A DNA stretch of 33,000 bases from the NCBI RefSeq assembly GCF_006345805.1, contig NW_021833731.1:31001-64000 (forward strand). The letters run 5' to 3'. The translations under genes and the position numbers were made by a program. How positions within the stretch are numbered: the first letter of the stretch is position 1; each line of letters starts with the position of its first letter. Below are positions 1 through 11,153 of the stretch, in pieces. The DNA comes from Octopus sinensis. Taxonomy: Eukaryota. Below the pieces are notes generated by a model. The model was not told where the DNA came from. It saw only the letters and a list, made by a program, of their open reading frames with translations, and made no database searches.

Positions 1-705
1 ATGATGAGGTCCTTAAAACCTTCCCCCCAAAAAAAAATTAAAAAAAAAATTTTCTGCATTTTGGTTAAAATGAACAACTACGATGTCCTCGACTTACATG
101 ATGAGGTCCTTAAAACCTTCCCCCCAAAAAAAAATAAAAAAAAAAATTTTCTGCATTTTGGTTAAAATGAACAACTACGATGTCCTCGACTTACATGATG
201 AGGTCCTTAAAACCTTCCCCCCAAAAAAAAATTAAAAAAAAATTTTCTGCATTTTGGTTAAAATGAACAACTACGATGTCCTCGACTTACATGATGAGGT
301 CCTTAAAACCTTCCCCCCAAAAAAAAATTAAAAAAAAAATTTTCTGCATTTTGGTTAAAATGAACAACTACGATGTCCTCGACTTACATGATGAGGTCCT
401 TAAAACCTTCCCCCCAAAAAAAAATTAAAAAAAAAATTTTCTGCATTTTGGTTAAAATGAACAACTACGATGTCCTCGACTTACATGATGAGGTCCTTAA
501 AACCTTCCCCCCAAAAAAAATTAAAAAAAATTTTCTGCATTTTGGTTAAAATGAACAACTACGATGTCCTCGACTTACATGATGAGGTCCTTAAAACCTT
601 TCCGCCAAAAAATCAAAAAATTATTTTCTGCATTTGATTAAAATGAACAACGTTAATGTCCTCAACATTCATGATGAGGTCCATTAAAACCTTCGAGGCA
701 AAAAT
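1..705. repeat. ~97-bp tandem satellite/minisatellite, 6 near-identical units plus 1 diverged and 1 partial, running off the window start
   Basis: Unit ATGATGAGGTCCTTAAAACC...GATGTCCTCGACTTAC restarts at 1, 98, 195, 291, 388, 485, 579, 671. The first six units differ only in A-homopolymer length; the last two carry substitutions. Confidence 0.95.
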
Positions 706-1049
706 CTCACGTATTAAGAATATCCTTGATGAAAACGACAGCGAGAATATTAACAATGATGAACTCCAATTATTCGCGATAAAGAAATTCAATTCATCCT
801 ATTATTTTCTCTTTAAAATTAAATGCATATATCATTATCGACCATGAATCAAAATTAAAGCTATTATCATATTTGACTTTGACAGAATGTGCAATTACAG
901 ATTGCACGACCTTGAATAGAGTGTGCAATTAACAGATTTTGAAAAACACTTTGATAGTTGAAACCACATTAGCACAATCATTAACACAATTTACCACCAA
1001 TTGACAGCGCAATCAGAAGAATTTGCGTAAAAATATTAACTATTTAGTT

Positions 1050-1288
1050 AAGTTTTTCGTAAAGATAAAATTTATTTTCGGTATGCCTCTTTTCCTAAAC
1101 TTTTTTATTATTCAAAAATAATTTTTTCAATAGATAACCGAAGGAGGGAAGACGACCTTAAGAAAAGAAGTTTTTCGTAAAGATAGAATTTATTTTCTGT
1201 ATGGCTCTTTTTTCCTAATATTTTTTATTATTCAAAAATAATTTTTTAAATAGATCACCGAAGGAGGAAAAACGAAGCTGAAGAAAAA
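1050..1288. repeat. Imperfect tandem duplication of ~119 bp
   Basis: AGTTTTTCGTAAAGATA(A/G)AATTTATTTTC...TTATTATTCAAAAATAATTTTTT...CCGAAGGAGG occurs at ~1050-1168 and again at ~1169-1288. Confidence 0.85.
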
Positions 1289-1435
1289 ACGGTCAGCTTA
1301 AGGTAATTAATTAAATCTTTTTTGTGTGTCGCTTTTTTGGCTGCTGCTAAGTTTTTTTTTTGTTTTTTTTATTTTTTTGTTTTTAAATTATTTATTTTTA
1401 TTTGTTTTTTTTATTTTTTTTGTTATTTTCTAAAA

Positions 1436-1973
1436 ATTCAACCGGATTGAATTTTTAAACTCCTTAGATCCCTTTGGAATGCCGAATCATTTTTTTAAGT
1501 TAAAAATAGGCGTTCCAGTAACTTTATTACGAATTTTTGCATTACTTAAATTATGGAACGGAACGAGAATTTGATGGTTAAAAGCGACGGTATTAACAGG
1601 TAAATATAGAGGTGAGGATGTTTATATCCCAAGAATTCCCATTATATCTGATAAATTACCGTTTAGGTGAGTTTTTCCATGAAAATAAACATGGCCCAGC
1701 GACAGTCATTAAAGGTAGCTGGCTTATTTTTAAAAAGCGAGTGCTTTTCACATGAACAGCTGTATGTGGGATGCTCAAGGATCGGCAGAAGAGAAACTTT
1801 ATTCATACATGACAGGGGTGAACGAACGAAAAACATGGTTTATCAACAGGCGTCAAAATAGGGTTAAATCAAATTAGGTCGTATTATATATCTACATACA
1901 CTTATAGCTGTTTGATGAAACAGGCCCTTCGCAGAAGCTAGGTCGCGGTGAGCGAAGCGAGCTGCCGAGCTAG
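1436..1973 (+). mobile_element. Helitron 3' remnant (PIF1-like helicase C-terminus plus CTAG terminus)
   Basis: Broken frames read EFLNSLDPFGMPNH, KIGVPVTLLR..KLWNGTR, GEDVYIPRIPI and KINMAQRQSL..CFSHEQLYVGCSR..TKNMVY, matching Helitron helicase motifs. A GC-rich subterminal segment containing GCGAAGC is followed by CTAG (1970-1973) and then T, the typical Helitron 3' end. Confidence 0.85.
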
Positions 1974-2353
1974 TATATAATATGGAGAAACTACAAATGG
2001 CATATTATAACACCCATTGCCATCATATTAATCGTCACTTTCATTTTACTGATTATATACGCAGTGCCTGTATTCCCACCTCTCACCATCCTATAGGCTG
2101 CCACTGTGGAGAAGATGATTAATTAATTACTAATAACTTTTTAACATGCTTCTCATGAGATTTGACATATGTTTTAGCTTTAAGTAAAAATGTTAATAGT
2201 TATTTGTTAGTGGACTAAAAAATATATAATCGCAATGCTAAGACAAACACTTGACGAATGACGCCGTCATAGAAATTTCGTCACACGCGGATTCCTAGTA
2301 CTAATTGGAACCGGATGGGACATCACGAGCTTCATAGTCTTTTCAGCCACACG

Positions 2354-2563
2354 CTAATGAAAATAAAACTCAAAAGACAAGAAAAACCAACTCAATCGGA
2401 TTAAATAGACAATAGAAAAAAAATCTTCGACGTCTTTTGCCATTTGTTCGATTTCTTTCTTTACCGTCTCTAAACAAGTCAACAGGTTATTCAAATCGGT
2501 GGCTGTCATGTGTAATTCCACCAACGTTTTGATAATTTTACTTAACGTTTGCTCCCAGTCCAC
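2354..2563 (-). CDS. Possible small hypothetical protein or exon (helical segment plus hydrophobic C-terminus)
   Basis: 69-aa open frame with protein-like composition. No recognisable homology, and no convincing start or upstream exon. Confidence 0.2.
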   Translation of the reverse strand: MDWEQTLSKIIKTLVELHMTATDLNNLLTCLETVKKEIEQMAKDVEDFFSIVYLIRLSWFFLSFEFYFH

Positions 2564-3804
2564 CAGAGAAGTTGCAAACCAAAACTATCAACTAAACGAT
2601 AACAAACATTTCATTAATCTAATTAAGTTGTTTCCAACGGGTTCCTCATTTTGAGAGACACAAATTTTAGTTTTGAAAAATGAATAAAAATGCAATATAA
2701 CAAAAATAAGGCTAAAAAAAGATAAAAATTACAAAGAAAATAATAGTAAATTTCAAGGTATGTAAAATAAAACAGATCAAGAAAATAAAATCGGACAATA
2801 TCACAAAAAGGATGGAATTTCGGTTAACTTAATCATTAAAAGAAACTACATCATGAATTATTCCCTTTGAATCCAAATTAAATATAAAAGACGACTACAT
2901 AGTGAAAAAACACCCAGCTTACACATGGCTTAATTTATTATATTTTCTATTTAAAATTAAGATTAATTAAACAATTATTAATAAAAAAACGTATTTTAAT
3001 TAAAACGATTTTAATGATAGGACAAAGTCAGGGAACGTAGCCACTACCAACCAAACCGTTGACAGGTTGGTTGGCAAGGGGAAGAGGTTGGTTCTGTTTG
3101 TTACTGAAGGAAAATCAGGATCCAATCGTCTCCACGAAAAGGCGAATCACATGACGATCATCATATTGGGCTAAGCAATTATCGTCGAAGAATAGGCCTT
3201 GCCGAATCCACGCATTCCCACTCTCTCAGTGACCTTTTCTCGTGTCCAGGCCCATTTTCTGCTTCCCCAAAACACCGGATCGCGATCGGGGATCTTTGGG
3301 AGCGTCCAACATTGACAATTTCGTTCTGTTAGCCACCGGTTTCCTTCAATTGAAGGAGCCGAAGACCTTCTGTCTTAATTTCAACAAATTTTTAAAATGT
3401 GAAATTAGATTTTATTAAGTTTTCATTAAATGCCTTAAAACGTCAATTCCAGGCACTGTACCCGTCATTAGAATAATTCTGACAAACTGTTCTGACAAAC
3501 TGTTAACAAAATACAGCAAGTTGAGAAGTTTCTCTCTTTTATGCATGCTGAATTTGTCAAATGGGATTGAAAAATATTCAAAATTTTCAAAAACTTTTTT
3601 TTGAAAAGAGAGATGAAATTTTTTACTCTTTTAATGACAGTTCTTGGAGATAATCAGATAATTTAATAAGTGAAAAGATTTGGTATTTGCTGATTAACGA
3701 ACGTTTTGTCTTGTTTTCTGCGTGTTAAATGATAATGTCCGACCAATGAGATGATGTTTGACTACAAAAATGTGTCGGCGATAGACTACTAAGTACTAAT
3801 ATTT

Positions 3805-3935
3805 GTTCCGCAGGGATCTGTCTTGAGTCCACTTTTTTTCAATTTCATCTTGTCGGACATTCTCCTGCAGTCGGTACGTACTGGCAAGCTTGTCATCTAC
3901 GCTGATGATATCCTGGTTATAGATACCTCAAAAAG
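3805..3935 (+). pseudogene. Non-LTR (LINE) reverse transcriptase fragment
   Basis: Reads VPQGSVLSPLFFNFILSD...LVIYADDIL, i.e. RT motifs PQG..LSP and YADD. Confidence 0.85.
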
Positions 3936-4030
3936 GATATCAAAGTTGCCTTTCAATGTTGACAAAATTTCCTTTAAGAAGAATAGTAATTTCATTAAAT
4001 TTTGTAAAAATCCAATTAAAATAGAATATA

Positions 4031-5208
4031 TCATTTTTTTCGTGAAATGATTTCTTCAGTCAAAACCAAGTTTTCTTCAGTTTGCAAAAATACGACTATT
4101 GCATCGTAAAAATTAAAAAATCTTTCTAAAGTATTTCCTTTTGAAAGCCATCTTACTTCCGTATGTAATAAAAGTCGAATAAAATCTTCACCAGCATCCT
4201 TACAAAACTTTCTAAAAAGACGATCACATTTCCTTCTTGTTTTTATTTTGTTAATTGTTTTGATTACAATGTTTAAAGATTGATGTAAATCATAACATAA
4301 AATCTTCGATACCAGTTGACGGCGATGTAAAATACAATGAACGGTAATGACCCATGGATAATCTTTTTTAAGAAGAGAAACAATTCCCTTATATCTTCCA
4401 ACCATTGACATCGCAGCATCAGTCGCACCGGAAATCAAATTTTCAAATAATATTTCATTTGTTTCAAAAAACACTTTTACTACGGAATATATTGACATTC
4501 CAGTTGTACAGGTTTCTAATAATTCGACAAACAATAAATCCTCATTTAATACACATTCATTATCGAAATACCTAAATTTTATAAAAAAAATTCGAAAATA
4601 ACCTCACAAATCCCATTAAAATAGCTTTACTCTCTACAAAGACGCTTTCATCAATTTGTAAAGAAAACTTACTTCGTTTCAGTCTTTCAATAAGAATTTC
4701 TTTTACTTTATCATCCATTTCATCGATTCTTCGACGAACCGAATCATTGCTAAGAAATAGACTTTTAATATTTTAGAAGCATCTTGATGCATTACATCCG
4801 ATATTATTACTTCCAATGGAATTATTACATTTTCTGGATAGTATGAGAACTAGAAGTTTTCACAATAATTTCAGCAATTTTATAAGAATGGATCTGCGCT
4901 TCCACAACTACGTGTAAATAAATTTAAATACCATCATGTACTGGCTTTGTGAATAACGATTTGATCGTTTTCTTATTTTGAAAATTGTACTTTAAAGTTT
5001 GAAAATATTCAATCGGCTTTGACATTTTATCCGGGTGCTTGGGTTTGAAAAGATCCTGTAATCGTGATGGCTTCATTGCTTCATTTGAGAAAGAACATTA
5101 ACAAATTTGACAATAAGGCTGTTTTGTATCTTCAGTACATTGAATAAACCCATATTTTAAATATTCGTTTTGATAATGACGACTCTTCTTATTTGAGCGA
5201 GAAGACAT
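4031..5208 (-). mobile_element. Degraded hAT (Buster/Charlie, ZBED5/SCAND3-like) transposase, 3'-truncated
   Basis: ATG at 5208 gives KKSRHYQNEYLKYGF..PYCQIC..SNEAMKPSRL, later FSLQIDES, TDAAMSMVG, VHCILHR and LLLHTEVRWLSKG. There are several stops and frameshifts. Confidence 0.9.
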
Positions 5209-6030
5209 CTCAGATATCAAACAAGAATGTAAAAACAGCGTGCTAGTTTGAATATAAAATTTAAGGACACTATAAAAGAAATATTAATAAATCTGATTGT
5301 TTTTTTACAAAAAGGGTGATAATTAGACATTATTTTTGTTAGAAACAATCAAAAAGATATCTAAAATGCTGAAAATTCTAGATTTGTGACGAAAAATTCT
5401 CCAAAGACAGAACCACAATGCAAAAAATTGGATCAGAGCGTCACCCGAAGTTGTCTTCAGATCAAAAAACACATTACAATTACCTTCGAAGAATGAATTA
5501 TCAATTTCTGCCGTGTCTCTTTCTGAAATTGCCAAACTAATATTAATATTGACGTCTCTCCTAAACAATTGGTCTGATAGTGAACTCATTTGAATTGCAT
5601 CCGAATAGCAAAATATAAAATTTATTTGACTTCAAAACATAAATTTAGCCGGTTAATTTCAAAATAAGATTTTATTCATATCTGACGAGGAATTGAAGAA
5701 ATTCATCTGCTCAGATGAATCATGTTTAGAAGCTTATAATAGTCAAGTACGAAGGATTTTTTACCGTGAAAACGTTATTAAAAATCCAATATCGTTTAAA
5801 AAATGCTTTGAAACATAAATTTCTAACAAAAAATTTTTCATACAATCTAAATATAGATTTCAAAAACATCAAGTAATTCACAATATTAAATACTTTAGAA
5901 GAAAAATGTATTATTTACTGATCGTAAGCATCAATAGAAAGATTAATATTTTTCTAAAAGTCGACATATTATTAAATAAAGATTATTTAATATAAAAAAA
6001 TACATTAATAAATAATTTATTTCATTGTGG

Positions 6031-7087
6031 ATGCCACCAAAAGAAGGATTTCTTTGTCCTTCATGTCATAAAAAGTATAATAATGAGAACGAATTAACAT
6101 CACACTTTCTAAACACCCACAATGACCCCATTACCAGTCTATCCCACATTGACTAACCCATAGACTTTGAAGAACAACCCTCCAATCCACAAACAATAAA
6201 ACCCCAAAAAATAGGTCTCCACTAAACCAACCAGAATTATAGGCCTAATGAAGGACGATACTTCTTTACTCAAAAACCTCCGTGAAAAACACGGAAAAAA
6301 CAAAGAAGCCAACGCCAAACTGATTTGGAGACTTTCTCGACTTCTCGCTGGTCTCCGAGAGGCAACGGGGAATCGAGGACTGTCAAAAACCAAGGCTTTG
6401 GAGGTTGAAAAATCCACTGTGCCTTGGATCGATGACAAAATGTCTTCAAATTGTTATTGCTGTAAAAAAACCTACAATTTAATAAACCGACGACACCATT
6501 GCAGAGTTTGTGGCTACATAATCTGTTCGAAATGCTGTTTTTTTATATCCTACGACGACGCAGGCAGATTTGAGAGTTTAATTCCGCAGAATGTTTCACC
6601 ACAGTTTATATGGATTGGCCTGACTGTTCAAAATCTCAAATCCAAGTCGATTTCAACGACAAATATAAAGTCAATTCAATCCGAATTTGTGACATTTGTC
6701 GACAGTTTATCAGCAAACGTGTCAGGACGTTAAACGAGAGCAGTGAAGGGACTGATTTTAAGCGAAAGTACTCGGTAGATGTGAGGGATTGAGGTCACTT
6801 AGTAGAGTCTTATGGAAGCTGTTAAATTTGCGGAGACCGTGGTCGGGCAGTTGGAGGACATGGACAGTTCAGAGGAGGCCTATGAGAGTGTGAAGGACCA
6901 GGCAAGGGTGGCTTGTATTTCTGTGGGGAATTGCAGGTTTTGTTGTATTAAAATGTTTAGTTTGTATTTTTTGGAGATTAATGAGAAATGTAAAGAAGAA
7001 TTCCCACTAAAGTCAAAGATTTGCGTTAATATAAGAAAATTTGCAATTAATGTTGTACAAGACCACATTGGACGTATTTCAAATTGA
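6031..7087 (+). CDS. RBSN: Rabenosyn-5 / Vac1-Pep7 orthologue (C2H2 zinc finger + FYVE), short form of ~306-314 aa
   Basis: Starts MPPKEGFLCPSCH..HFLNTH (C2H2), then KLIWRLSRL, EKSTVPWIDD..C..C..RRHHCRVCG..C..C (FYVE) and IRICDICRQ. The frame is restored by introns 6137-6163 (27 nt), 6215-6242 (28), 6564-6589 (26, GC-AG) and 6775-6805 (31), plus a probable in-frame 6937-6960 (24). Spliced length of 945 nt is a multiple of 3. Confidence 0.9.
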
Positions 7088-7149
7088 ATTAATTTTATTT
7101 ATTGGATTTTATATATTTTTAAATAATTTTTCGTATCGTTATATTAAAA

Positions 7150-7530
7150 TGTCTAAGTATATATTGTGGGTCGGGCTCTAACTGTAATTTTAGAATAATA
7201 TTTGTGCAGAGCTTTAAACTGATAAGACGTGCAAAGGCATTTACATTCACGACATTAAATGAGTTTTCTGGTATTTTCTGTACTGAGTTTCAGATACAGT
7301 AACGGGTATTAGATAAAATGTTGATTACAAATGTTTCAATTTTGTAATGATTAAAAGAACAGAAATAAAAAAGAATGTTTGTAATTTGGAGAATGTTTTT
7401 CCAAAGGGAAATGCAACGTCATGTTAATTAAATTAATTTTGAATGTCTCGCAACATTCTCCAATGAAATCACCGTATCTAAAGCCTTAAGTGATTCTTGA
7501 AACATTTGTGTTAAGTCACAGTCATGTTGG
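7150..7530 (-). pseudogene. Decayed paralogue of the secreted LRR family
   Basis: Shares GACTGTGACTTAACA, GTAATCAACATTTTAT, AAATACCAGAAAACTCATTT and GTGAATGTAAATGCCTTTGCACGTCT with the copies at 7910-8715 and 24318-25118. It has deletions, broken frames and mutated splice sites. Confidence 0.8.
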
Positions 7531-7909
7531 CTCACTTATTTATAGATATTAAGCTTTTCCTGATTGTTATTACTCGTATAATGAAAGTTTAAAAACAAAA
7601 TTAGATGGTAGCCAGGAAAGTAGCTAAGAGAATAGTCGAAAGGCTAATGGTCAAGTCAACGGCAACACTCATCTATCCTCGTGTCCGTACTCTTTTGGCA
7701 GGATACCGGTGCTCGGATGAGTCACAGGTGACCCTTTTCAAAAATGTGTTTAAGCAATACCACTTAAATGAAGTTAATAGCAACTTGCAATCCACGTTGC
7801 AAGTTTGCCTTTAATTCTGACTAGTGCACGTAACAATAAAGAAAAGCGGAAACAAGAAATATCAGAATAAATAATTAGGTTAGTTAATGAATATCGTTAG
7901 AATATTTTT

Positions 7910-8715
7910 TCAGTTACATTCACTTGTGCAGATCATATTATTGGGGATCGGGTGGTCACAGAAGTTACAATCTATTGTGAGTATACAAATACACCAAATG
8001 CTTCTTGCATAGTGAGGGTTATCTTTTGATTTTTATATAATTTTAGTTCCACACTGTTGTCGGCTAACATCATATATGCTTCATCCATCACTTTCGTAAT
8101 TCTTATATGAGAATAACAAAGTATACAGTGTGGGTTGGGACCCGTTTGTGAACATGCACACTTTCTGGTCGTGATACAAACTACACAGTCAGTAATTTAA
8201 AATACTAAAGCGTGGCACGACGACTGATTTTTGGCGACTGAAAGATGGTATTTGACGGCATAAAACTTTAATGTTAGAATAAGATTTGTACAGATGTGAT
8301 AATGCGGCTAGACGTGCAAAACTATTTACATTCACGTAACGAAGGTTATCACAGTAATACAGCATTCTAATAATTCGAAATATTTAAATATACATATAGT
8401 CTAATTTATCCAACCCATCAAATGAGTTGTTTAGTATTTTCTTCAGCGAGTCTCCTTTACACTCACTAATATCAATGAAATATTGATTACAATTGTTTCA
8501 AATTTTTTAGATGGGAGAATATTTCTCCATTAGGAAATGTAACTTTTCTCTTTATGGTAATATCTATCCCATCTCCCGCAGCATTTTCTCCATTGAAAAT
8601 ACAGTTGTATAAATTAAGATATCTTTTAAAATAAGCAATTCTTCAATAACCTTCTTGTCAAATCGCAGTCGTTTTGGATCACTAAATGAATAAAAAATAG
8701 GACAAGTGGAAGCAT
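7910..8715 (-). CDS. Secreted leucine-rich-repeat protein with Cys-rich C-terminus, paralogue 1 (207 aa, 8 exons)
   Basis: ATG at 8715. Seven GT-AG introns (8623-8650, 8466-8490, 8367-8393, 8266-8291, 8181-8205, 8064-8091, 7972-7994; 23-28 nt) give an uninterrupted 624-nt frame: MLPLVLFFIHLVIQNDC...IFSHLKNLKQFECKGDSLKKILNNSFDGLDKLDYIMLYYCDNLRYVNVNSFARLAALSHL...DCNFCDHPIPNNMICTSECN*. It has a hydrophobic N-terminus and about 3 LRRs. Confidence 0.85.
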
Positions 8716-8819
8716 TTTAATTAATGCTGATATTTTATTGTCAATAACTCAGTGGTTAGACATTGAATTGATATATTTATTAAACTGTTTTTTTAATATA
8801 ATATTTAATTTAATTATAA

Positions 8820-11153
8820 ATTAACGTCTTTAGTTACTAATAACTAACTAATCTATATAATTCTCCTCCTTTTTGGACCGTTGCACTGGATCTGCGTATT
8901 CTCCTCTTCTAACACTTCATATGACACATGAGACACATCTTCCGGCAAATCTGATGGATCTGTTGTTTCTCTAGCCAATTTTAGGAGGTGGTTGGTGGCC
9001 CTTGAAACTTGTTCCTCATGTTTTTCAATTTCCACTCCATGTTTATGTTCAACAAGCATGGCCTCCAATGTCTTCTTAATCGTCAGCGATTGTATATACG
9101 ATCTAGTGGAAGCATCCAACTTCAGTCTTTCCATATAAGACTTATAGAATTTAGAAACTATCCCGTCCCATGTGAGGACAATGGGGATTATCGTTCCCTT
9201 CGCACCGTGGATTTGAGATAATTCTCCAGCAAGAAGATCATATTTATGCAGTTTTTCTACTTCCACTTGCTTTAACATGGCGTGGGAAGTAATTCCGACT
9301 TCAATTAGAGTGATTTCGTTTTTCTTTTTATCAAGGACAAAGATATCTGGTATATTGTTTTTTACATGAACATCTGTCTGCAAGGTGATGTCCACTCTTA
9401 TCTCCACTTTATGATTTGAGCTAACTGACTGGACTGTGTGTGACTTTAACCTTTTGGTTTTCCTGATTCCATATTGGCGGCAGAGATGCAAATGGATGCA
9501 TCTTATAACTTCATTATGTCTTCTGGTATAATCACTGTTCAGCATTCTGCTACATCTTGTAGCCATGTGATCAACAGATTTTTTAGCTTGATTACAATGA
9601 TTGCACATTCCTCCGTTATCGTTGAAAAATATATTTCGATCCTGAATAATACAATACATTGCTTCTGATCTCGGACTGTTGTTTCCATTCACTAGCCATT
9701 CCGTAGACATATTGATGTCAACATTCTGATCCTCACAACATTTGAAAAGTACGGAATGCACCATCTTCGATTTAATAATCTTCATTAGACTCTTTTGTTG
9801 ATTCTCCTTGATTATGTTTATATTCAATTCTGAAGGATCTTCAATATTGTATTTGAAAGTAAGAAATCTTGCGATGGTGGCCATATGTGTTTTATTTATT
9901 TTCAGGACCCGCAAGATTCCAGCCTTTCTGAGACACATTGCAGACTTTCTTTCAAGATCAATCAAAAATTGGTATAACATGCATTCACTTTTATGGACAA
10001 TTGAATTAAGTCCTCTTCCAAGGTTATATCTGCTTATATATAATCTTTCCTTATTTGCAGGTTTCAGATGAACATGTAAATTAGATAGAATCCTTCGAAC
10101 TTCGGTATCAATGGCTTGAAACTCGTGTGGCTCAATGTCAATTAGTCCAATATAGTAATTGTAAAGTGATAGAGAATATTCATTAATCGCCTTGAATAGA
10201 TTCACTGCATTTATCTTCGTGCTCACAAAGCTTTCAATTCTCTTCTTTACATTTTCTGCAATTTTTTTCATAACTTCATGCTTCAATACATTGCTTCCTT
10301 TATCCTCCAGGACTCCCAGATATCGATATCCATCATATCCGTCAAAACTTCTAGTTTCTTTAACATAATTCAGATTGGTTGCAGATTTTTCAGAATTCCT
10401 CCTGAGACCAACAACACTGAAGTATTCATCAATACTTTCCATCATCCTCAAGATCGTATTTTCTTTCTCAGCAAGTATTTTCAAATCATCAATAAATAGC
10501 AGATGATTAGTTGAGTATGTTATTTGAGACGGGTCATTATGGTCAATACAGATTTTAGGAAACTTGTGATTTAGTATCCTGCTCAACGGATCCATTACCA
10601 GCGTAAAAAGTTGGGGAGATAGTGAATCTCCTTGAAGAATTCTTCTTTCTAATTTCACTGTTCCAATTCTATTTACATTGAGATTCAGAATCACTTTCCA
10701 TTTACTTATCAAACTTTTAATAAACTTTACAATCCACTCAGGGAGTCCAGAATAATCCAATACCAGCGATAAAAATTCATAGTTAACAGAATCAAATGCT
10801 TTGTTTATATCAATCCATGTCGCAAATAAGTTATTTCCACAGTGATTGTTAATGCACTGGTTTATTAAAGCCTGTTCTTTTGCACCCTGGCAATGTCTTC
10901 TAGCTCCCAGTTTGGTAATCCGAAACAAGACCAAATTTAGTGTTGACACATTTTGTAACAAGTTTGTATAGTATAGGCATGCATGTAATCGGACGCAAGT
11001 CAGTAGGTGATTCACAACAAGCTTTTTTTGGGAGGAGAAATGTAACCCCAGTGTAAAACCACAGACCAGGACAGTAATCTCCATTAATAATCTTCAAAAT
11101 TTCATCACATAAATAATTATGGAGAGATTCAAACTTCTTAATAAAAAGCAGTA
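8820..11153 (-). mobile_element. RLE-type non-LTR retrotransposon (R2/R4/Dong superfamily), 3' part: RT + CCHC + restriction-like endonuclease
   Basis: Motifs include DLRPITCMP, GAKEQALIN, DINKAFDSV, LQGDSLSP, LFIDDLK, YRYLG, CNHC..DHMATRC, RHNE, PDIFVLD, IEVG and KLHKY. There are single-base frameshifts near 11145 and 10910, and a short TTAG/TAA-rich 3' tail at ~8820-8855. Confidence 0.93.

Noticed and set aside
1-705. 97-bp repeat as a coding repeat (MNNYDVLDLHDEVLKTFPP...)
   Set aside because: Units are mostly not multiples of 3 and stops occur in every frame as assembled. Only homopolymer correction could rescue it, and there is no evidence for that.
1-705. CRISPR array
   Set aside because: No unique spacers, no cas genes and a eukaryotic context.
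5323-5967. Minus-strand gene head-to-head with rabenosyn (ATG 5967, 26-nt intron 5893-5918, ORF 5323-5589)
   Set aside because: I could not join the pieces into one frame (stop at 5726), and the plus strand has equally protein-like fragments. It needs RNA data.
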